Shown piece after piece: positions 54,411-57,979 of a stretch of 57,979 bases of DNA; positions within the stretch are counted from its first letter, which is position 1; every line of letters begins with the position of its first letter. The notes below the pieces were generated by a model. The model saw only the letters and a program-made list of their open reading frames with translations, ran no database searches and was not told the DNA's origin. The stretch comes from a virus (taxonomy: Duplodnaviria; Caudoviricetes), in IMG/VR virus record IMGVR_UViG_3300037316_000015, positions 1 through 57,979 of that record; one strand, 5' to 3'. The position numbers and the translations under genes were made by a program.

Positions 54411-55321
54411 AGTGATGCTCCGTTCCTGGTTGATGTTCCGTCGTTGACGGCGTACGTGACAGTGTCACTTGGGGTGGCTGCCAAGGCCTCGTCGTAGAGC
54501 TGGTTCTCCAGTGTGCGTCTAATCACTGACCCCCTGGATTGGCTGTAATCCGCCCCGTGGGCGATGTAGTAGTCGGCACACTTGCTCAGCATCTTCACTG
54601 AGTTGGAGCCGTCGAACATGCGTAGCGGGTCGCTGCAGATGCCCAGTGCCATCTTTGCGTAGGTGGACACGTTGATGACGGCGTGACTGGCTACCGAGAA
54701 GCCACGCTTGGCTGAGATGATCTGCAGCTCCTCACCGAGCTCATCCCAGAAGTAGGCGCTGGTGTAGTCAGCAGTGCCATTCCAGGTGTTCCCGTAGTCC
54801 AGTGAGGACTTGTCGTGGTCCACCCGATCCATGAACCAGCCCCTGGGCACCCAGACAAGCTCAGAGAGCTCTGAGACGTTGCTGGTCACACTCATCTCAT
54901 CCTTGGTGATCATCTTCATCACCGTGCCGTCCACAACCCAGTCAGCACCTGAGAGCTCACTGGCCCAGCCGGCCATGCACATGGAAGTACCACACACCGG
55001 TGGTTTGACCTCCAGCTCGGCCACGTCTGTGTTGAAGGCCAGCAAGGCTTTCACCTCCTGTGCTACAAGGTGGTAGTCACCAGTAGGCTCCTGGGGGTCC
55101 CAGATCTCGATGCTCCTCCAGGAGCCTTGGTCCCACAGGGTAGGGCTGGCCTTGATGGAATCCATCACATCTTCCATGAGCTCCTTGTTGACCCCGTTGT
55201 CCAGGAAGGTGTCGTAGGCCTTGATCGGGTGCCTAAGCACCTGTGAGGTCCAGGTTGTCGTCCCGTTGGTGTTGGTGATGATGGTGTCGTGCTGCTCGTT
55301 GATCGTCTGGGTCTTGCGCAT
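54407..55321 (-). CDS. Hypothetical protein with WxQxSW / CGTSMCxAGW motif (paralog 2)
   Basis: LWDQGSWR and PVCGTSMCMAGW; start at MRKTQTI. Confidence 0.75.
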   Translation of the reverse strand: MRKTQTINEQHDTIITNTNGTTTWTSQVLRHPIKAYDTFLDNGVNKELMEDVMDSIKASPTLWDQGSWRSIEIWDPQEPTGDYHLVAQEVKALLAFNTDVAELEVKPPVCGTSMCMAGWASELSGADWVVDGTVMKMITKDEMSVTSNVSELSELVWVPRGWFMDRVDHDKSSLDYGNTWNGTADYTSAYFWDELGEELQIISAKRGFSVASHAVINVSTYAKMALGICSDPLRMFDGSNSVKMLSKCADYYIAHGADYSQSRGSVIRRTLENQLYDEALAATPSDTVTYAVNDGTSTRNGASL

Positions 55322-55389
55322 GGTGTTCCCATCCAAAGGTTGGTGCTTACCAGTGCCAAGAAGTCCTTGACACCGTCGGTACACTTGAG

Positions 55390-55795
55390 CTCAAGCTGAC
55401 GAAGGAAGTGCCTAGGTAGTCCTAGATCCCCTATCAGCCTGGCCTCCACTGGCCTCAATGAAGCATTGGAGCATTGAAGCAGAGGCAGTGGAGTAAGCAT
55501 AAGGATCGCGGTGCGATCCCTATGAAGGTCCGGGCAATGAAAACAGCCCCTGTTGAGCACCGGGATGAAGACATGGTGATTCCAGAAGCTGATTGATGAA
55601 TAATACCAGAGCGTGGTGGCTGAAGAGAACCCTTGAACGCCAAGGACTTAGCAGCATATGACGCGCACAGCGCGTACAGGGGGAAATGTGGTCAAATGCG
55701 TGTGGGGCACCATGTCCTCTCCCACTGGCGGAGTCGCTAATCGCTTTCAGGGGTTGAACGCCCCTTCCCAGATGTCAATGCACCTGTCCGGCCCT
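55390..55795 (+). ncRNA. Candidate large structured non-coding RNA (about 400 nt)
   Basis: More than 10 complementary stems, G-U wobbles favouring the + strand, purine-rich linkers, a 9-bp long-range pairing, and no credible CDS. Confidence 0.6.
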
Positions 55796-55805
55796 TACAT
55801 CAGTG

Positions 55806-55878
55806 CTCCCCAGGTAGGAGTCGAACCTACGAGCTCGTGCCTCAGAAGCATGATGGGCCACCCACGACCCACTGGGGA
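55806..55878 (-). tRNA. tRNA-Gln(CTG), slightly atypical
   Basis: TCCCCAG/CTGGGGA acceptor (U1-A72, G73); anticodon loop TTCTGAG; GTAGG-TTCGACT-CCTAC T arm; no encoded CCA. Confidence 0.8.
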
Positions 55879-55903
55879 ACTTCAAGCGTGACATGCCTGG
55901 GCC

Positions 55904-56056
55904 TTAGAACACCCCGGTTCCACTCATGATGACGAGCATGGTGTACCACCAGAAGGCCCACTTGCCCCAGTGCTTGAGACGCTCTTTCCAGGAGCCGTTC
56001 CACGGGTTGGTACGCCAGTAGGCAAGCATCCAGAGCACGTTCAGCACCCAGATCAC
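55904..56056 (-). CDS. 50-aa Trp-rich membrane microprotein (absent from ORF track)
   Basis: GTGA coupling; VIWVLNVLWMLAYWRTNPWNGSWKERLKHWGKWAFWWYTMLVIMSGTGVF. Confidence 0.65.
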   Translation of the reverse strand: MIWVLNVLWMLAYWRTNPWNGSWKERLKHWGKWAFWWYTMLVIMSGTGVF

Positions 56057-56391
56057 GGTGGGTCTTCCTTCAGCCAGGGCTGGTCAAAGCCAAGGCCATA
56101 CTTGGTCTTGACATAGTCCATGCCTATCTGGATATCAGTACGCGGCGCCCTTGCTGTCGGGTTGTCTGCCGACTCATGGGTCTTCAGGTAGTCCCCGACC
56201 TGGAGATTGCCAGGGGTGATCTTGACGATCTTGTGCCTGAAGATGAACTGCTGCTCGCCCCACTTGTTGACTGTTACGTCCTCCAGGTAGTCCATACCGC
56301 CGTAGGTCGATCTGCCGTCGAGCACTATCTGCTTGATGGCCCAGAGGACTACTCGGTCCTTGACGTACTTCTTGATGAATGATCTGAGCAT
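56053..56391 (-). CDS. Hypothetical protein
   Basis: GGAGGAG SD before MLRSFIKK. Confidence 0.65.
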   Translation of the reverse strand: MLRSFIKKYVKDRVVLWAIKQIVLDGRSTYGGMDYLEDVTVNKWGEQQFIFRHKIVKITPGNLQVGDYLKTHESADNPTARAPRTDIQIGMDYVKTKYGLGFDQPWLKEDPP

Positions 56392-56555
56392 GGTGTCTCC
56401 TCCAGCTTGTGTATGAGCCAGCCGTCGATCCACTGGTCGTGCTGCCCAGGGCGCCAGGTCAGCCCAGAGTCAGGGCGTTCCTGGAAGTGGTGGTACCGAA
56501 ATGGCGTACCCCGCCATGGGCCGTCGTCTATCTGCTCGTATGGCTTTGCAGCCAT
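56349..56555 (-). CDS. Hypothetical protein
   Basis: TGATG coupling; MAAKPYEQIDDGPW. Confidence 0.55.
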   Translation of the reverse strand: MAAKPYEQIDDGPWRGTPFRYHHFQERPDSGLTWRPGQHDQWIDGWLIHKLEETPCSDHSSRSTSRTE

Positions 56556-57463
56556 CAGTGAGCCTGTAGATAGTCCTGGATGTCGCCCCACCGGTTGGCG
56601 ACATGGACCACGTCGTTCCTGATCTCCTGCTCGTGGGCAGAGGAAGCCCGCCAGGTAGCCACGTCCAGCTCGCCCCAGATGGTGTCCTTGACCAGTGAGT
56701 CGAGCACGGACGGCTCCAAGGCGTCCAGCTCCCAGGACTGGTTGCCGTACGCGGAGATGTACCCAGCAGAGCGGCTGTCGGTGACCTTGGCCGGGTTGGG
56801 CGGCGGGTTGTACAGGTCGATCTGGTCCCGGTTCAGCGCTATCCTTCGTACGTCAACGCTGGATCTGGAGAACAGCGACAGCCGGTCGGTGATGTCTCGG
56901 GTCATGTCGATCCCCGAGGGGTCATGGTCACCAAGGTGCAGGATGATCACTTCCTTGCCTTCGTCCAGGTAGCCCACGATTCGCTGGCCGGCAGCCCACA
57001 TCTCGGACTGGGAGACGTAGCCCTTGCAGGCGAAGGACGCACAGCGGTAGGAGAAGGCCGCCCTGGAGATGATCCCAGCTAAGGCTTCCTTCTCTACCCA
57101 GACCTCGATACGGACGCCCTGGGCTTCCCACAGGTCCTCGAAGTACTGCTCGGCTGATCGTTGGATGAGCTGCTCTGGGCTCTCGTTGTGGCCGGACAGG
57201 TCGCCGCGGACGTTGCGAGTCCTGTCGGTGATGTAGTCCCAGTCCAGCATCCCGGCCAGGCGTGCGTCCGAGATGATGGAGCCGAGCTTCTTGTAGGACT
57301 TCTGCTGGTTGGGCAGCATGTCCCGGGATACGAACTGGTAGTAGAGCTGGCGCAGTGTCAGGTCGTAGCCCTGCCGGCGGTAGTCGGCGCAGATATTGAT
57401 GGCCGTGTCGATAATGGCCAGTGCGTCGGCGCCGAACTCCTTGGGCTGGTAGAGGATTCTCAT
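56555..57463 (-). CDS. TopoVI-A/Spo11-like winged helix plus Toprim protein (DUF2399-like)
   Basis: LTLRQLYYQ, EVWVEKEAL, GDHDPSG, RIALN and WELDAL. Confidence 0.8.
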   Translation of the reverse strand: MRILYQPKEFGADALAIIDTAINICADYRRQGYDLTLRQLYYQFVSRDMLPNQQKSYKKLGSIISDARLAGMLDWDYITDRTRNVRGDLSGHNESPEQLIQRSAEQYFEDLWEAQGVRIEVWVEKEALAGIISRAAFSYRCASFACKGYVSQSEMWAAGQRIVGYLDEGKEVIILHLGDHDPSGIDMTRDITDRLSLFSRSSVDVRRIALNRDQIDLYNPPPNPAKVTDSRSAGYISAYGNQSWELDALEPSVLDSLVKDTIWGELDVATWRASSAHEQEIRNDVVHVANRWGDIQDYLQAH

Positions 57464-57726
57464 TTGACCTCCCCGGCAGCCAACATGTGCCTGTAGACGA
57501 GCAGGTTCATTGTGACGGCGGCCCCGGTGAGCAGGTTCAGGGCTTCGGTCATGTCGGGGAATCTCTTGTCGTTCTCCACAACGAGTGCGTCGCAGATCTT
57601 CTCCATCGCCTCGACTAGGTCGTTGTTGGCAGGGAACCCCGGGTCGGCCATCTTGGCTTCGTCGTCGACCGGCAGGTTGATGCCGTAGCGCTCGTTGTTC
57701 CTTGGTCCACTTCTACTGGCTTCCAT
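57460..57726 (-). CDS. Hypothetical protein
   Basis: GAAGGA SD; ATGA coupling. Confidence 0.6.
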   Translation of the reverse strand: MEASRSGPRNNERYGINLPVDDEAKMADPGFPANNDLVEAMEKICDALVVENDKRFPDMTEALNLLTGAAVTMNLLVYRHMLAAGEVK

Positions 57727-57871
57727 GGGTGTCCTTCCTTGCTCGATCGATGATGTCGACCAGGTCCTGGGTCAGGATCATGTCCTGGACTGACTTGTCC
57801 CACCACTGCATGAAGTAGTGCCGGTCAACGGTGAGGTTGTCCAGCTCACGCAGCAGCTCATTGAGGGTCAC
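57713..57871 (-). CDS. Hypothetical protein
   Basis: AAGGAGG SD before GTG 57871. Confidence 0.6.
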   Translation of the reverse strand: MTLNELLRELDNLTVDRHYFMQWWDKSVQDMILTQDLVDIIDRARKDTHGSQ

Positions 57872-57978
57872 TTGTCCTCCTTGGCTGCTTCGATGACCAG
57901 ATCCAGCACGTCCTGGGCCAGGATGAAGCTCCTGCGACGGTGCGTACCAGCGATGGACGAATCGGTCACGGTAAACCA
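57868..57978 (-). CDS. 3' end of a CDS truncated by the window edge
   Basis: Open frame ...SFILAQDVLDLVIEAAKEDK*, GTGA-coupled; resembles ILTQDLVDIIDRARKD of the next ORF. Confidence 0.5.
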   Translation of the reverse strand, partial: WFTVTDSSIAGTHRRRSFILAQDVLDLVIEAAKEDK

Positions 57979-57979
57979 C

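Noticed and set aside
55367-55385. TTGACA paired with TACACT as the ncRNA promoter
   Set aside because: The 7-nt spacer is too short; only the -10 hexamer is kept as tentative.
55806-55878. tRNA as an attP/attachment site of a prophage
   Set aside because: No integrase, no duplicated tRNA 3' end and no host genes in the window; phage-like genes lie on both sides.

Overview
About 58 kb of a GC-rich, long-tailed (siphovirus-type) phage genome. Codon style and gene families point to an actinobacterial host. The + strand arm (about 0.2-35.4 kb) carries endolysin and holin, portal, a roughly 13 kb block of unusual putative internal head proteins, an XkdF/S78-type prohead protease, scaffold, decoration and major capsid proteins, head-tail connectors, major tail protein, frameshifted tail chaperones, a 2169-aa tape measure and minor tail proteins. 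The - strand arm (35.4-58 kb) carries Bro-N, DUF932, HTH/TerS-like, RuvC-like, Cas4-like, DnaE, SSB-like, primase, DnaB, a TopoVI-A/Toprim-like gene, many small ORFs and a tRNA-Gln(CTG). No large terminase, integrase or CRISPR array is visible. Best leads: (1) a head-cargo polyprotein system with about 30 recurring hydrophobic-x-K|S/A sites, HPRDxxGRF tags, a prohead protease whose EVSLVxxPAN strand sits on the scaffold, and a -1 frameshift in a head protein; (2) an approximately 400-nt ORF-poor, highly structured + strand RNA candidate with a loop-loop pseudoknot next to the tRNA; (3) several structured leaders or small RNAs with shared motifs in the early arm. All calls come from reading motifs by eye; no searches or folding programs were run.
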